Source of the DNA: a virus | Lineage: Duplodnaviria; Heunggongvirae; Uroviricota; Caudoviricetes | Strand: one strand, 5' to 3' | Virus record (IMG/VR): IMGVR_UViG_2529292852_000001 | Location: 32,714 to 96,713 of that record | DNA length: 64,000 bases | In this document: positions 10,860-20,542 of the stretch, one piece after another | Layout: each line of letters opens with the position of its first letter | Numbering within the stretch: position 1 is the stretch's first letter | Notes under the pieces: generated by a model | Database searches by the model: none | Seen by the model: the letters and a program-made list of their open reading frames with translations, nothing else | Told to the model about the DNA's origin: nothing | Made by a program: the position numbers and the translations under genes

Positions 10860-13712
10860 TTAAATTTGACCTTTATCGTTGCCTTCAGTCACATCTTTAA
10901 CCTTATCTCTTGAAGTTGCGACAATACTTCCAGTAGATCTATGTGCATCTACGTTCTCAGCATCTTTTTGAGCCTTATACCACTCTTCAAGTTCTTTTTT
11001 GAAAGAATTGTAAGGTGAATTTGATTTACGCATAAGCTTAAATGTATTTTCCCCTTTACTTTTATCTTTATCTTCACCTATATCTTGCTTTTTATCTTCG
11101 CTATCATCTTCAGGTTTATCAAACTTAGGTATATCTTTATTTGTATTATTAACAAGCAGTTCTTCACGGTGATTGTATAAGTAGAACCAGTACTTTTTAT
11201 CTAAAGCTTTAAGTCGATCCAAAGTCCAATCTGGTGTTGGTTTAGGGTCTGGAATATCAACGTCTTCTGTATCTATAACGTCAACGTTGCTACCATCGCC
11301 ATCAGAAACTGTGGTATTCATTTCTGCTAAAATTTCTTCACGACTGATTACATATTCGTTTCTACCAAACTTCTTAGTCAAACTATCATTTAAAGCGTTC
11401 ATCGTATCTTCAGAAAGATATGGTGAGTTACCATGTTCAAAGTTAGAAACACCATTCATGATAGAGTAGAACTCACCAGGTTGTGAGATGAAGTGAGCTT
11501 TAATACCAGTGTCTGGTAAAGCAATGTCAGATTCGATTGCTTCACTAAGTCCTAACGATACACGACCTGTGATGTTAGCGGTAATGTTACCTCTAATCTT
11601 ATCTTTACGTGCTGTTTGGTTAGCGAATAACAAACGTATACCTGTAGAACGAGCCATCTTAGCTAAGTATTCAAACCTATCAGCTGTTCCTAACTTACTC
11701 ATTTCAGATGGGTTTAGATCGTTATCTTTATCCATGATTGCAGAAAATTCGTCAACGATTACCAAAAGTTCTGGCATCTTTTGATCTGGGAATTTTTTAT
11801 TAAATTCGGCCAACTTTTGAACCGAGTTTTCTTTAAAGATAGCAATTCTTCTTCTAACTTCGTTTTCAAGATGTTTGATTAAAGCTCTGGCATACTCAAT
11901 ATCTCCTGAAGCATCAGCTGGTTGAGCATAAACATATGGATTAGGGTGTCCTTTATCGTTACGCATAAATTCAAAGGAGTTACCTTTACCATCAATGAAT
12001 ACCATTTTAACTTGGCTAGGATCAACAGCTGCCATAACCGAATAAACAATTGTCATGATTGTAACTGTCTTACCTGTACCAGTCTTACCAAACAAGATAG
12101 CGTGAGGATTGCTGTCACCTAGTTCAAAGTAGATAGGGTTGCCTAATTCGTCAACACCTAACATACCTGAGATAAGAGTTGGTACACCCTTCTTACGAGC
12201 TAAGATCATATCGCTAAATGAAGCTGGCACGTTTACACCATTATCAATCGAAAGTTTTAAAATACCAGCAGATAACGTAATAATTGGTGTTGCTTTAATA
12301 CGTAGGTAGTTAGCAATTTGTTTTTGAATACGATCAAAGTTATCAGGTAAGTTTGGATCTTGTGGTAATACGTATTCGTAAATAGCGTTGTTACCGCCAA
12401 CTTCAACTTTCTTGAATTGACCGTTAATCTTAACAGCGTTTAAAGCCATAGTTACATCAGGAATACGAGCTTTGGCTTTACGCATAGCAATTGTACGTTG
12501 AGTTTTTGCATCATTTTTAGTTTTAGGATCAATAGCAGGTGGAATTACGCTTAGGTCAAGATTTTGTTGAACCTTGAAGTTAGCTACTTCTGCACTTTCA
12601 TCAATCGCATATCTATATTCAGATAATTTAACAAAACGCTTGTAAATAGCATAAGGTGTTAAATGACCGATATAATTAAAGATTGAACCAATTTTTTCAA
12701 AATATGAAATTAAGTAACCTTTGCCACCTCGACTAGTGCTATTGTCAGGATTAAATGGATTAGTAAAAATATCCTTCCATGCGCCTAGTTGTTCATCAGC
12801 CTCATAACTAACCGAAGAATTAAAAGTATAACCTTTTAGCTTAGAGTTATATGTAGGGTCTGATGGAAAGAAGATTGAATTACCAGAAATACGATCGCCT
12901 AAACCTTTAAGCGCATTTTCAATTGAACGGTCTGTTTCTGTTTCTCTTGACTGTCTAATTAAGATTTTAGCTTCTCTAATCCCATTAGCGGTAGTTTTGA
13001 CCTTAATCTTAGTTCTTCTCATCGCTACAGCCGTAGCTTTTTTAGTTTGCGTAGCAGCAGTTCCTCCTGCCCCATCTTTAAACGGTTGACCGTTGTCTTG
13101 GTAGCCTTGAACAGCAGCTTCATAACTGTCGTTTAGGTTTTCTTTGATTTTAGCTCTTAGTTTACCAGCTAGAATAAAGTCTTCAATCGGTGTTTGTCTG
13201 CCAACTAAATACAAGAATATTCTAGGGAATGTTAAGTAAGCTGGAACAATTACATTAGCTGTTCGTGGGAATGACACTCTCCAAACTAAAGCAATACTGT
13301 CGATGATTGCTCCAAATAAGAAAGTAACCACAAATGCTTGCCAGTAATACCAACGATAATCACCAATTTTAGCGTTGATCCAGTGAGAGATTAGAAGATA
13401 CTTTTGATGAATTGTTTGCATAATTGGTGATTGCATAAGCATTTGCCAAACAGCATTTATTCTACTTGCTATCATGACCCAGATTGTCTGTTTTAATAAC
13501 CATGGGTGAACCGTCCAATGCCAGAAAGCCCAAATTACAGCTAAAAGTCCAATTACAACTGCCCAAGTAATAACCTTGCTCCAAGCAATATCCAAGTTAG
13601 CTTTAATCCAAGCTCTAAAACTAAATTCAATCAACCAAAACAAGATTGCAAAGGCAATACCATAAGGCAAGACGTAGTGTAGGATAAACCAAATAATTGA
13701 TTCAAAATTCAC
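10860..13712 (-). CDS. FtsK/SpoIIIE-family DNA translocase, membrane-anchored (conjugative coupling-protein-like, TcpA-type)
   Basis: N-terminal TM helices. Walker A GKTGTGKTVTIMT, Walker B LLVIVDEFSAIM. A single FtsK-type ATPase domain, 950 aa. Confidence 0.8.
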   Translation of the reverse strand: MNFESIIWFILHYVLPYGIAFAILFWLIEFSFRAWIKANLDIAWSKVITWAVVIGLLAVIWAFWHWTVHPWLLKQTIWVMIASRINAVWQMLMQSPIMQTIHQKYLLISHWINAKIGDYRWYYWQAFVVTFLFGAIIDSIALVWRVSFPRTANVIVPAYLTFPRIFLYLVGRQTPIEDFILAGKLRAKIKENLNDSYEAAVQGYQDNGQPFKDGAGGTAATQTKKATAVAMRRTKIKVKTTANGIREAKILIRQSRETETDRSIENALKGLGDRISGNSIFFPSDPTYNSKLKGYTFNSSVSYEADEQLGAWKDIFTNPFNPDNSTSRGGKGYLISYFEKIGSIFNYIGHLTPYAIYKRFVKLSEYRYAIDESAEVANFKVQQNLDLSVIPPAIDPKTKNDAKTQRTIAMRKAKARIPDVTMALNAVKINGQFKKVEVGGNNAIYEYVLPQDPNLPDNFDRIQKQIANYLRIKATPIITLSAGILKLSIDNGVNVPASFSDMILARKKGVPTLISGMLGVDELGNPIYFELGDSNPHAILFGKTGTGKTVTIMTIVYSVMAAVDPSQVKMVFIDGKGNSFEFMRNDKGHPNPYVYAQPADASGDIEYARALIKHLENEVRRRIAIFKENSVQKLAEFNKKFPDQKMPELLVIVDEFSAIMDKDNDLNPSEMSKLGTADRFEYLAKMARSTGIRLLFANQTARKDKIRGNITANITGRVSLGLSEAIESDIALPDTGIKAHFISQPGEFYSIMNGVSNFEHGNSPYLSEDTMNALNDSLTKKFGRNEYVISREEILAEMNTTVSDGDGSNVDVIDTEDVDIPDPKPTPDWTLDRLKALDKKYWFYLYNHREELLVNNTNKDIPKFDKPEDDSEDKKQDIGEDKDKSKGENTFKLMRKSNSPYNSFKKELEEWYKAQKDAENVDAHRSTGSIVATSRDKVKDVTEGNDKGQI

Positions 13713-14455
13713 TTCATACCACCGTCCTTAACAATTTTGATGGCTTGACTTGGTGAAACAACATTAGCTTTATCCTTGTTTAACATTAAGATACAAGGAT
13801 ATTTATCAACCATAATGTTTAAGCTTGGCTTAGCTTTTTTAACTCTAGCTAATTGTTCTTCATTAGATAATTGGAACCATGTTTCATCTTTAAACTTAGC
13901 TCCAGCTAAATCTTTATTACGCTTAAAAAGTAAGAATGAATTTACATCATTAATAGTTATGTTAGACATTGGTAATGCTGATTTAGCCTTTTCTTCTTTC
14001 TTTTTTGCTTGTTCTTTCTTCCAAGCTTCAAAACTAGCCTTTTTCTTACGATAAGCTCTGATGCCTAACGTAATATAAATTGCATATAAAATGATTAGTG
14101 GAACCATTACATACAGTAATAAAGCCGTTAGCGGCAAAGCGTTTAAAGCACCGTTAATTGCTTTATTTATAAAGTCAAATAGCTTATGAAACCACCCATA
14201 TTTAAGGAAATACCACAAGCCAAACACAAGGATAAATTCAACCAATGTGATTGCTACATAAACAGCAATGATCTTAACTTTATTTGATTTTTTAGTAAAA
14301 ACTTTTTGAAAAAGTCCTTTAAACCCACCGTCTAAATTAATTGCTTCATCGCTACTCGGACTTGTGTAAACCATTAAATTAATATTTGCGATTAACATTA
14401 AAGCGAACATTATCCAAGGCAATAAATAAATCCAAGGTACGTTGATACTATTCAT
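13709..14455 (-). CDS. Membrane protein, hypothetical (transfer-region associated)
   Basis: Several hydrophobic helices. Translationally coupled to the neighbouring genes. Confidence 0.4.
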   Translation of the reverse strand: MNSINVPWIYLLPWIMFALMLIANINLMVYTSPSSDEAINLDGGFKGLFQKVFTKKSNKVKIIAVYVAITLVEFILVFGLWYFLKYGWFHKLFDFINKAINGALNALPLTALLLYVMVPLIILYAIYITLGIRAYRKKKASFEAWKKEQAKKKEEKAKSALPMSNITINDVNSFLLFKRNKDLAGAKFKDETWFQLSNEEQLARVKKAKPSLNIMVDKYPCILMLNKDKANVVSPSQAIKIVKDGGMK

Positions 14456-14938
14456 TTATTTCAGCACCTCACTTATGTTAGCTTTGGAGTTAGTGTTATC
14501 GAATTTAACTACTAACCAATGGTTGCCTAAAGACGTAATCTTAGCTACAGTTGGTGTTTTAATACGGTTTTGATCGACTAGTAAAACAGGGAAACTCTTA
14601 GCGATATACGATAGTTGTTTCTTATCCATCTTAGCTAGGTCTAACACATATACCCTTTTACCCTTCTTTCTTAATTGCTTAACTTTAGGTACAATGGTTG
14701 ATTCCATCTGTTCGCAATGCTTGCAACCAGTTCGTCTTAATACTAGATAAGCCTCGCCTTGATGTTTGTTTAGTTGGCTTATACTTAAGTTGATTGGTGT
14801 ATCAATTTCTTGATACGAACTTTCATTATTTCTATGTGTAATTCCTAAAATAGCTCCTACAATAATGGCGATTGTAATAAGACCAGTAATAGTTATAGCT
14901 ATTGTTTGAAAGTATGACTTTAACTTCAATAAAACCAC
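14456..14938 (-). CDS. Membrane-anchored thioredoxin-like protein (CxxC)
   Basis: N-terminal TM helix, then LRRTGCKHCEQMESTIVP with a CxxC motif in thioredoxin-fold context. Confidence 0.5.
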   Translation of the reverse strand: MVLLKLKSYFQTIAITITGLITIAIIVGAILGITHRNNESSYQEIDTPINLSISQLNKHQGEAYLVLRRTGCKHCEQMESTIVPKVKQLRKKGKRVYVLDLAKMDKKQLSYIAKSFPVLLVDQNRIKTPTVAKITSLGNHWLVVKFDNTNSKANISEVLK

Positions 14939-14948
14939 CTACTTCTTA

Positions 14949-15773
14949 TTAGTACCAACCATGGCTTTGCCAGAATTGTTGTGCGCCAGTCCATGAACCA
15001 TAACGACTAGCTACATACTGGTCGGCTACACGTTCTTGATTAGCTGGTGAGTAATCTCCATTTAAATATGAAGATGAAAGTTGGTACTTACCGATGTATT
15101 GACCGTTTCTTGCGTTGTAGTTATTGCTAGATTCACGTTGAGCAATCCACGCTTTAGCGGCTTGGTCTGAGCCTGATACATTAGATGTATAGCCAGTGTT
15201 AGCACTAGCTTGCACATTATTAGAACTTTGCTTAGCTTGCCAGTTGTACAAGTTTTGACGATTTTGAATTTGTTGTTGTGTTTGTTGCACTTGCTGATAT
15301 GGTGTTTGAGCTTGTGCTTGTGTAGAACTTTGTGCGTTGGCTTGTGCATCGCTTTGTGCTTGCACTTGAGTTTGCGTGTTATCTTGGCTTTGACCTTTTT
15401 CTAAATTCAAGACCTGTCCTACTAGAATTAAATTGCTAGTTAAGTTATTAGCTGACTTTAATTCATCAACACTTAAACCATTAGCTTGGGCAATCTTCCA
15501 AAGTGAGTCCCCTGCCTTAACTGTGTAAGTCTTAGCACTGGTTTGAACATTACCGTCAACTTTTAGTTCTTGTCCTGGATAAATTTTATTTACATCTTGT
15601 AAGTTATTGTTAATCTTTAAGCTCTCAACCGTTGTTCCAGCCTTATTTGCAATTTGTGATAAAGTATCTCCACTTTTGACTGTAACTTGATCGGCATTAG
15701 CCTTAGAACTTACTGAAATAGCAGCACCTACCATAGCACTAGACATTAATAAACCTTTATAAATATTCTTCAT
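14949..15773 (-). CDS. Secreted protein with 2 LysM domains and an Apf-like (aggregation-promoting factor-type) C-terminal domain. Candidate transfer-associated cell-wall hydrolase
   Basis: Signal peptide. Two LysM repeats (TVKSGDTLSQIA..., TVKAGDSLWKIA...), a Q-rich linker, and a C-terminus AWIAQRESSNNYNARNGQYIGKYQLSSSYL...QYVASRYGSWTGAQQFWQSHGWY. Confidence 0.6.
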   Translation of the reverse strand: MKNIYKGLLMSSAMVGAAISVSSKANADQVTVKSGDTLSQIANKAGTTVESLKINNNLQDVNKIYPGQELKVDGNVQTSAKTYTVKAGDSLWKIAQANGLSVDELKSANNLTSNLILVGQVLNLEKGQSQDNTQTQVQAQSDAQANAQSSTQAQAQTPYQQVQQTQQQIQNRQNLYNWQAKQSSNNVQASANTGYTSNVSGSDQAAKAWIAQRESSNNYNARNGQYIGKYQLSSSYLNGDYSPANQERVADQYVASRYGSWTGAQQFWQSHGWY

Positions 15774-15958
15774 AAAATACCTCCATTGAATTATTGCAAA
15801 ATGTATATAATGACTGTTGTAATCAATATCTTGTCCCAGCTTACGTCAATCACTCCAAACAACCTTAGAAATATGATTAGTAAAATCGTTAGGTAAGCGA
15901 TGATGTGACAAAGCTCCTTAATGAAATAAATTTTCTTATTACTCATAAGCAACATGGC

Positions 15959-16198
15959 TTACTCTAAGTTTTCAGCTGGCACTTGAAGTTGTCTGTTTGT
16001 ATAAAGTGGCACTACACCTTTCTTAGATAAAGTAAAGGCCACTGCTCGAATGTTATGTGCTTCAATGTGTTGTACCATTTGAATACCTTGTTCTGTTTTA
16101 GGAGCTTCTGGATCTACAAAGTTAGAACCTAGGCTTGCTCCTTCTTCAGCTGTTAATAAGTATTCTCCATCGTTAATATCTCTTTTAAGTAAAATCAT
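15959..16198 (-). CDS. Hypothetical small protein
   Basis: 79-aa ORF next to the IS right end. Confidence 0.3.
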   Translation of the reverse strand: MILLKRDINDGEYLLTAEEGASLGSNFVDPEAPKTEQGIQMVQHIEAHNIRAVAFTLSKKGVVPLYTNRQLQVPAENLE

Positions 16199-16327
16199 GT
16201 TTTATCCTTCTTTCTTGTTGTTATATTTTTGTTGATAAAGAAAATTAAAATACGACTCTTTATTACAAATGGACGTCAAGCCTACGACTTTAGTCGTGGG
16301 ATATAAGCCCTAGTTTGCCTAAACAAA

Positions 16328-17704
16328 CTAAATATTTTCCATTTTCGTTTCTAGCATTCCATTTACATGATATAAGCTAACAATGTTTTTAACTGTGCTA
16401 GATTTACCACTTTGAAGAATAACGCTTTTCCCTCTACTAATAACACTTTTAACTCTTTCAATTCTGTTAGTTTTGGTATTTAGCACAACATCATGTGGTC
16501 TTAATTGGTAGTGATTTCGTCTAATCGAAACACGCCCCTTTTTAACTTTTTCTTTTCTAAATTGTCTTAAATTGGTGTAATTAAGCTCTCTTGAACGTCT
16601 AGTTCTACCTGAACTTAACTCTTTACCAGCTTTTTGCTTACCATCACGGCTATCAATATATTTAGCGTCATAAAATAATTGCAACACTCGGTTATTATTC
16701 CTTAACTTTTGTCTTGAATAAATATTATTTGTTCTAAAAGTTGTATCAGTCCCACCAGCGATCACAAAAGCGTCATTTAAATGTGATTTTTCAATCTCAT
16801 ACTTTTGTCTTAAGTTAGCGGTTAGATAACCTTGGGTTGTCGTATATTCATCAAAATAATCACTTAATCTTGCTGCTAAAATACTCATAAAGTAAGCACC
16901 ACGATAATCAAGCATCTTTTGTCGATTTTCTCTCAACTTAGCTAAGATACCGTTATTATGGTTAGCTTGATTATGATTAATATCTGACAGTAAAACTAAA
17001 TTATCTGGCTGATTAGATCCACCATCTTTTCTTTGAACTAAGTGATGGACTCTTAATTGACTAGCTGGATATTGTTTACCATCTAAAGCATCACGATAAT
17101 TATCTCTAGCTAGGAGATAATCTTTAATCGTCTTAAAACCATACATTTTGCCTTTTTGATATTGCCACCCTTTAATGTTTGGGTTTAATAATTTTTGATT
17201 GTCGAATGGTGTAACTTCAACGACTAAATTAGTAATTGGCAAAAACGTATATAAGCGTTTGATTTCTTTAATTGTAAAATCTAATCTATGTTGAATACTA
17301 GGAGCTAACCAACCGTCTTTGTGTCTGCGATTATCAAATCTAGCCTTACGGTATCTTAAACGATTTCTTCTAGTTCGTCTTGATTCACGTCTACTAGTAA
17401 TCCTATCTTTTTCTGATTTTCTTAGACTTTCTGACACATAATATTCACGGTTGTTACCCACAACTGATAAACCTAAGTGGAAACCAGCGTCTACTCCTAG
17501 TGTTAAATCTTGAGTATTTGTAGTAACAGGTCTAACAAATTGGATAGTATTTCTACTATTTCCGTACCATTTTGCTTGACCTGTTTTTAACCAACGGCGA
17601 ACCATACCTAATCTTGAAGTTGGCATGAGTGGTGTACCGTTGGAGTCTACTACATAAATATAATCAACTTTTTTAATTTTTGACATCATGTCAACTCCTT
17701 TCAA
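16328..17704 (-). CDS. iscB: IscB RNA-guided nuclease (PLMP domain, RuvC-I, Arg-rich bridge helix, HNH, RuvC-III). True start probably MMSKIKK at ~17689
   Basis: PLMP motif (NGTPLMPTSR), RuvC-I GVDAGFHLGLSVV, bridge RRESRRTRRNRLRYRKARFDNRR, HNH LRVHHLVQRKDGGSNQPDNLVLLSDINHNQ. The RBS AAAGGAG lies inside the annotated 5' end. Confidence 0.8.
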   Translation of the reverse strand: MKGVDMMSKIKKVDYIYVVDSNGTPLMPTSRLGMVRRWLKTGQAKWYGNSRNTIQFVRPVTTNTQDLTLGVDAGFHLGLSVVGNNREYYVSESLRKSEKDRITSRRESRRTRRNRLRYRKARFDNRRHKDGWLAPSIQHRLDFTIKEIKRLYTFLPITNLVVEVTPFDNQKLLNPNIKGWQYQKGKMYGFKTIKDYLLARDNYRDALDGKQYPASQLRVHHLVQRKDGGSNQPDNLVLLSDINHNQANHNNGILAKLRENRQKMLDYRGAYFMSILAARLSDYFDEYTTTQGYLTANLRQKYEIEKSHLNDAFVIAGGTDTTFRTNNIYSRQKLRNNNRVLQLFYDAKYIDSRDGKQKAGKELSSGRTRRSRELNYTNLRQFRKEKVKKGRVSIRRNHYQLRPHDVVLNTKTNRIERVKSVISRGKSVILQSGKSSTVKNIVSLYHVNGMLETKMENI

Positions 17705-17949
17705 TCATAATTCGCACCTAACATAAAGTTGGTACGTGTGTACCCTTCGCCAATGTTATAGGTTGGTTTAATGTTAATTACACTAAGCCTGAACTCAGCT
17801 TTGTTTAATAATCAACCGTAGTGTTTGAAACTAGGGTGGCATTCCAAAGTACCTATTTATTCAACCCTAACGTAGTTATTTAAAACTTAGGCTAATCAAC
17901 CAGCTTGTATTTCTACAAGCCACCTACCTTAGTCGGCGGTTCTGTTGAC
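17705..17949 (-). ncRNA. Putative IscB omega-RNA scaffold (upstream of iscB, guide expected at the LE junction)
   Basis: ~240 nt immediately 5' of iscB, near-identical to 36947-37194 in copy 2. IscB omega-RNAs are known to be encoded at this position. Confidence 0.5.
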
Positions 17950-18385
17950 GATAGGCTTGGTCGTACCATGTTATTAAATCAATTTGCATACTCTCTTCAT
18001 GGCTAACTTTTCTTAGATTTCCTTTGTATTTAACTTGTAGATAATAGATGAATGTTTCACCATCTTCTACAAACTTCCAGCCTTGCATTTTTTCTAATTT
18101 GGCTGTATCTACTGCGTCCCACATTTTCTTAATGCGTTTATCATTGTTTTGATTAATAAAGATATACAGTTTGGCTTGCGTTGACTCAGATTGGTCTTTT
18201 AAGTTCTTAACCAACGAATTTACAATCGTGGCATAATGCTTAGCTATTCTCAAATGGACTTCAACTGCTTTTGACTTTTGATAGTTGTTTTCTTCCATGA
18301 TTTTGTCGAACCAACGCTCGGTTGTCATGTAATAATAGTCTGGTTTATCCATTTTTTTCTGCCTATTATATTGGGTATTTATCAA
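17924..18385 (-). CDS. Hypothetical protein whose 3' end is replaced by the IscB IS insertion
   Basis: The last 8 codons and the stop lie inside the IS left end (…QAYRQQNRRLR*). Confidence 0.4.
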   Translation of the reverse strand: MINTQYNRQKKMDKPDYYYMTTERWFDKIMEENNYQKSKAVEVHLRIAKHYATIVNSLVKNLKDQSESTQAKLYIFINQNNDKRIKKMWDAVDTAKLEKMQGWKFVEDGETFIYYLQVKYKGNLRKVSHEESMQIDLITWYDQAYRQQNRRLR

Positions 18386-18836
18386 GCAATTTTCTAACGT
18401 CCTTTGGAGTGCTTTTGACTAGCTCTTTAGAACCTAAATCAACCTTTTGACCCTTCTTGAATCCTTGCTTTTTACTTAAATTTCTTGCAGCGTCATAATC
18501 AATTTTTTTAACTTTGCCTGTATCACTTTTTACAACAATGTTATCCTTATTAACTTCTTTAACCGTATATACGACTGGCTTACTGTAAGCTGAAGCAAAC
18601 GCTGAACTTACTCCTAAATAAAACCCAGTTGCTAATCCTGATAAAACCATGATAATTAACACAAGTGCCTTAATTGGTTTTACCGTGTATTTAACAATCG
18701 GTCTAGCCTTACGCTTATCAAACTTTTGAAAAAGCAATAACGCAAATGCTAGTACCAATAACCCACAAGATATGTAGGTCAAAATGTAAACCAAATTGTG
18801 TGCCTGACTCGCTAGTTGGGCTACGCTGTTGGGCAT
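18366..18836 (-). CDS. Hypothetical membrane protein
   Basis: N-terminal TM helices, K-rich C-terminus. Confidence 0.4.
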   Translation of the reverse strand: MPNSVAQLASQAHNLVYILTYISCGLLVLAFALLLFQKFDKRKARPIVKYTVKPIKALVLIIMVLSGLATGFYLGVSSAFASAYSKPVVYTVKEVNKDNIVVKSDTGKVKKIDYDAARNLSKKQGFKKGQKVDLGSKELVKSTPKDVRKLLDKYPI

Positions 18837-18842
18837 AACTCA

Positions 18843-18983
18843 CCACCACCTTCCTAAAATTTCTTGATGTAGTTCATCAAGCTTTTCGTTTAGCTCTTTC
18901 CAAGCTTGCTTTAGCTCAGAAAATGCTTTTCGCAACTCTTTTAAGCTTTGTTTGAATAACGCTTTTGGATCTTGGTCTGGCAT
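18843..18983 (-). CDS. Small coiled-coil protein (46 aa), paralog of 18988-19125
   Basis: MPDQDPKALFKQSLKELRKAFSELKQAWKELNEKLDELHQEILGRWW. Not in the ORF track (<60 aa). Tandem paralog of the next gene. Confidence 0.4.
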
Positions 18984-18987
18984 AAGT

Positions 18988-19125
18988 TCACCTGCTTTCT
19001 AAAATCTTATTTAGCTCATCGAGCCGTTTATTCAGCTCTTTGATAGATTGGTTCAACTCAACAGCTGCTTCTTCCAAGCTTTCTAAACCTTGTATAAATT
19101 CTTTTCTTGGGTTTTGATCTTGCAT
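18988..19125 (-). CDS. Small coiled-coil protein (45 aa). The listed 70-aa ORF is probably over-extended at its 5' end
   Basis: Alignment with the paralog starts at MQDQNPRKEFIQGLESLEEAAVELNQSIKELNKRLDELNKILESR. The longer start would overlap the flotillin gene. Confidence 0.4.
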   Translation of the reverse strand: MQDQNPRKEFIQGLESLEEAAVELNQSIKELNKRLDELNKILESR

Positions 19126-19141
19126 GAGTCCACGTCCTTTC

Positions 19142-20542
19142 TTACTTTCGGCTTGGCTCTTCTGTAACTGGAACTTGGCCTTCAATTGTGGTTGTTCCAA
19201 CTGCTTGTTTTTGTATATAATCAGCTAGATCAATACCTGTTGCTTGCTTAACAAAACTTAGAGTTTCACTTAGTCCAGCTACACTTTGACGTCCAACACC
19301 ATCAGCTCCATCAAATACAGTTAGACTATCAATGTTAGCAACTGATTGAGCAAAACTATCAGCAATTTGTGGCAAAGCGTCAATAATCGCCTTTTGTAAA
19401 GCGTATTGTCCGTTCTTTTCTAATGCTTCTGCCAAAGCTTTTTGTGCGTCAGCTTGAGCCTTACCTTCTTTAGTAATCTTTTCAGAATTAGCGTCAGCCA
19501 ATAACTTAGTTTGATTAGCTTGAGCTTCAGTTTCAATTTGGATTTGTTCTGCTTTTGCTTTACTGTCGATAACCAAAGCTTGAGCGTCTGCCTTTTGTTT
19601 AGTGATAATCGTAGCTTGATATTGAGTTTCGTTAGTTTTAACCAACTTTTCGTTAACGTATTGTTGTTGTTCTACTTCAGCAATTTTATAAGCATTGTCA
19701 GCTACAGCTTGTTGTTTCTTAACTTCAGCCGTATATTCAGCCTTAGCCAAATCTGTATCACGTTGATTTTGAGCAATTAATTTATCAGCTTCTAACTTAG
19801 CCTTTTGTGCTTCTTGAGTATTTCGAGCTTCAACCAAAGTTGCTTCCTTGTCAGCTACAGCTTGAGCTTGACGTGCTTTAGACTTTTTATCAGCTACTTC
19901 TTGTGCAGACAACGATTCAAAGTAACCTTCATCATCGTTAATATCCTTAATTTGAAATGCTGTAATCTCTAATCCCATATTAGAAAATGTTTCTTCAATG
20001 CCAGCCACAACTTCTTCTCTAAACTTGGCTCTATCGTTAGCTTCTTGTGGAGTTAATCCTGAAAGCACTTCACGTACACCACCGTAAACAACTTGTTTCA
20101 TTTGGTTCTCACGTTCTTCTTCGTCTAAACCTAAAATCTTTTCTGACGCTGTCGCAATCATCTTAGGTGTAGAACCAACTCTTAATACAGCATTGGCAGA
20201 AGCGTTAACCTTAACCATTCCTTTTGTCATCACGTTCCTTACATCGACATCAACATTAAATGTATCTAAACTTTGTACAAATCCTTGTTGGACGATTGGA
20301 ATAACAAAAGTTCCACCGCCCTTAACAACTTTAATTCTAGTATTTGTGTCTTTGTTTTCTTGGACATAAGGGCCTGTTAGCAACGCACCTGTAACTAACA
20401 AGACTTCGTTTGGAGCTACTTTTTTATAAGAATTAAGTATAAGAATAACTATTCCAACTACTAAAATGACCAATAATCCTAAACTTATCATATGTAACAT
20501 TAAATCAAATCCTTTCTTATATAACACGAATGCAATAGCCAA
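19142..20542 (-). CDS. Flotillin-like SPFH/Band-7 protein with a long EA-rich coiled coil
   Basis: N-terminal TM helix, SPFH domain (VVKGGGTFVIPIVQ...), then ~200 aa of AQ/EA-rich coiled coil (FloT/YuaG-like). Confidence 0.75.
   Translation of the reverse strand: MAIAFVLYKKGFDLMLHMISLGLLVILVVGIVILILNSYKKVAPNEVLLVTGALLTGPYVQENKDTNTRIKVVKGGGTFVIPIVQQGFVQSLDTFNVDVDVRNVMTKGMVKVNASANAVLRVGSTPKMIATASEKILGLDEEERENQMKQVVYGGVREVLSGLTPQEANDRAKFREEVVAGIEETFSNMGLEITAFQIKDINDDEGYFESLSAQEVADKKSKARQAQAVADKEATLVEARNTQEAQKAKLEADKLIAQNQRDTDLAKAEYTAEVKKQQAVADNAYKIAEVEQQQYVNEKLVKTNETQYQATIITKQKADAQALVIDSKAKAEQIQIETEAQANQTKLLADANSEKITKEGKAQADAQKALAEALEKNGQYALQKAIIDALPQIADSFAQSVANIDSLTVFDGADGVGRQSVAGLSETLSFVKQATGIDLADYIQKQAVGTTTIEGQVPVTEEPSRK

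Larger units (their letters stand above)
16259..17949 (-). mobile_element. IS200/IS605-family IscB-only element, copy 1 (~1.69 kb)
   Basis: Boundaries come from where homology to copy 2 (35499-37194) starts and ends. Contains a subterminal hairpin CCTACGACTTTAGTCGTGG near the RE. No tnpA. Confidence 0.7.

Noticed and set aside
16328-17704. IscB as a Cas9 associated with the nearby arrays
   Set aside because: At 458 aa with a PLMP domain and no REC lobe it is IscB, not Cas9. Both copies sit inside self-contained ISs 10 kb or more from the arrays, and the IscB upstream RNA region shares no sequence with the array scaffolds.
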